A stretch of 63,422 nt of DNA, filler included, from Stramenopiles sp. TOSAG23-2 (taxonomy: Eukaryota): NCBI GenBank assembly GCA_900128395.1. It is 4 parts of 4 records of this genome, joined end to end, with 100 filler letters (N's around TTAATTAATTAA, not from the genome) between each part and the next. Parts side by side here need not be neighbours in the genome. Positions count along the whole stretch, not along the records: positions 61,808 to 63,422 come from LT652600.1; 3 more parts are not named here. One strand, written 5' to 3'. The notes under the pieces were generated by a model that saw nothing but the letters and a program-made list of their open reading frames with translations, had not been told where the DNA came from and searched no databases. Positions 63,156 through 63,422 of the stretch are shown here, piece by piece (positions within the stretch are counted from its first letter, which is position 1; every line of letters begins with the position of its first letter). The position numbers were made by a program, and so were the translations under genes.

Positions 63156-63422
63156 TAGTGTCATTGATAGGGGGGGAGTTTAATTTTCAAATAATAATAA
63201 GAAGAAGAAAATTTCGAACTAAAAAAAAAAGTTTTATGAAATTAATATTGAATTTAAAAAAAACAAAGATTTCTACCTTTTTTTTGCTTTTGTTTAGTCA
63301 AATAATAATTACAATATATATATATATAGATAAATTTGGATTGCTTTTTATAATAAAAATAATCTTTCTTTGTTTCATTTCGATATACCACTACCACAAG
63401 TATTATCTATCCAATAACATTG

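Noticed and set aside
1-63422. tRNA, rRNA or other known ncRNA genes
   Set aside because: No cloverleaf/T-loop or rRNA-like segment recognised by eye. A tRNAscan-SE/Infernal run is needed to exclude them.

Overview
AT-rich, gene-dense, almost intron-free eukaryotic nuclear DNA. It probably comes from a flagellated phagotrophic protist; a heterotrophic stramenopile is my inference from DNAAF1, UBA1 and RPL3 style, poly-Asn tracts and a secreted PHB depolymerase. The window is four contigs joined by artificial 100-nt spacers (44 N + TTAATTAATTAA + 44 N). It shows amplification/assembly artefacts: 55-nt foreign contig tails and several 100-290 bp tandem duplications. Recognisable genes are a PqaA/AprA-like hydrolase, an EcKL kinase, MGST3, SEC14-GOLD, ERGIC3, ALG10, WDR75, an ASK21-type SKP1, a tandem YbgC thioesterase, NDUFA12, a peroxisomal carnitine acyltransferase, RPL3, UBA1, a PHB depolymerase, UBA5, DNAAF1 and a partial SulP with one intron. 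The standout is a 1209-aa ORF (18766-22395, minus strand) that looks like an all-in-one RNA end-healing and sealing enzyme. Its order is 2H phosphodiesterase, HAD (T4 Pnkp-type) phosphatase, P-loop polynucleotide kinase, then Rnl1/Trl1-type ligase. That is the reverse of fungal Trl1 with an extra phosphatase module. Also notable are a PAP2 phosphatase fused to a type I phosphoribosyltransferase, a ~1.06-kb internally deleted Tc1-like element with 158-bp TIRs, and a MITE-like foldback. All family assignments come from motif recognition by eye; no database search was run.
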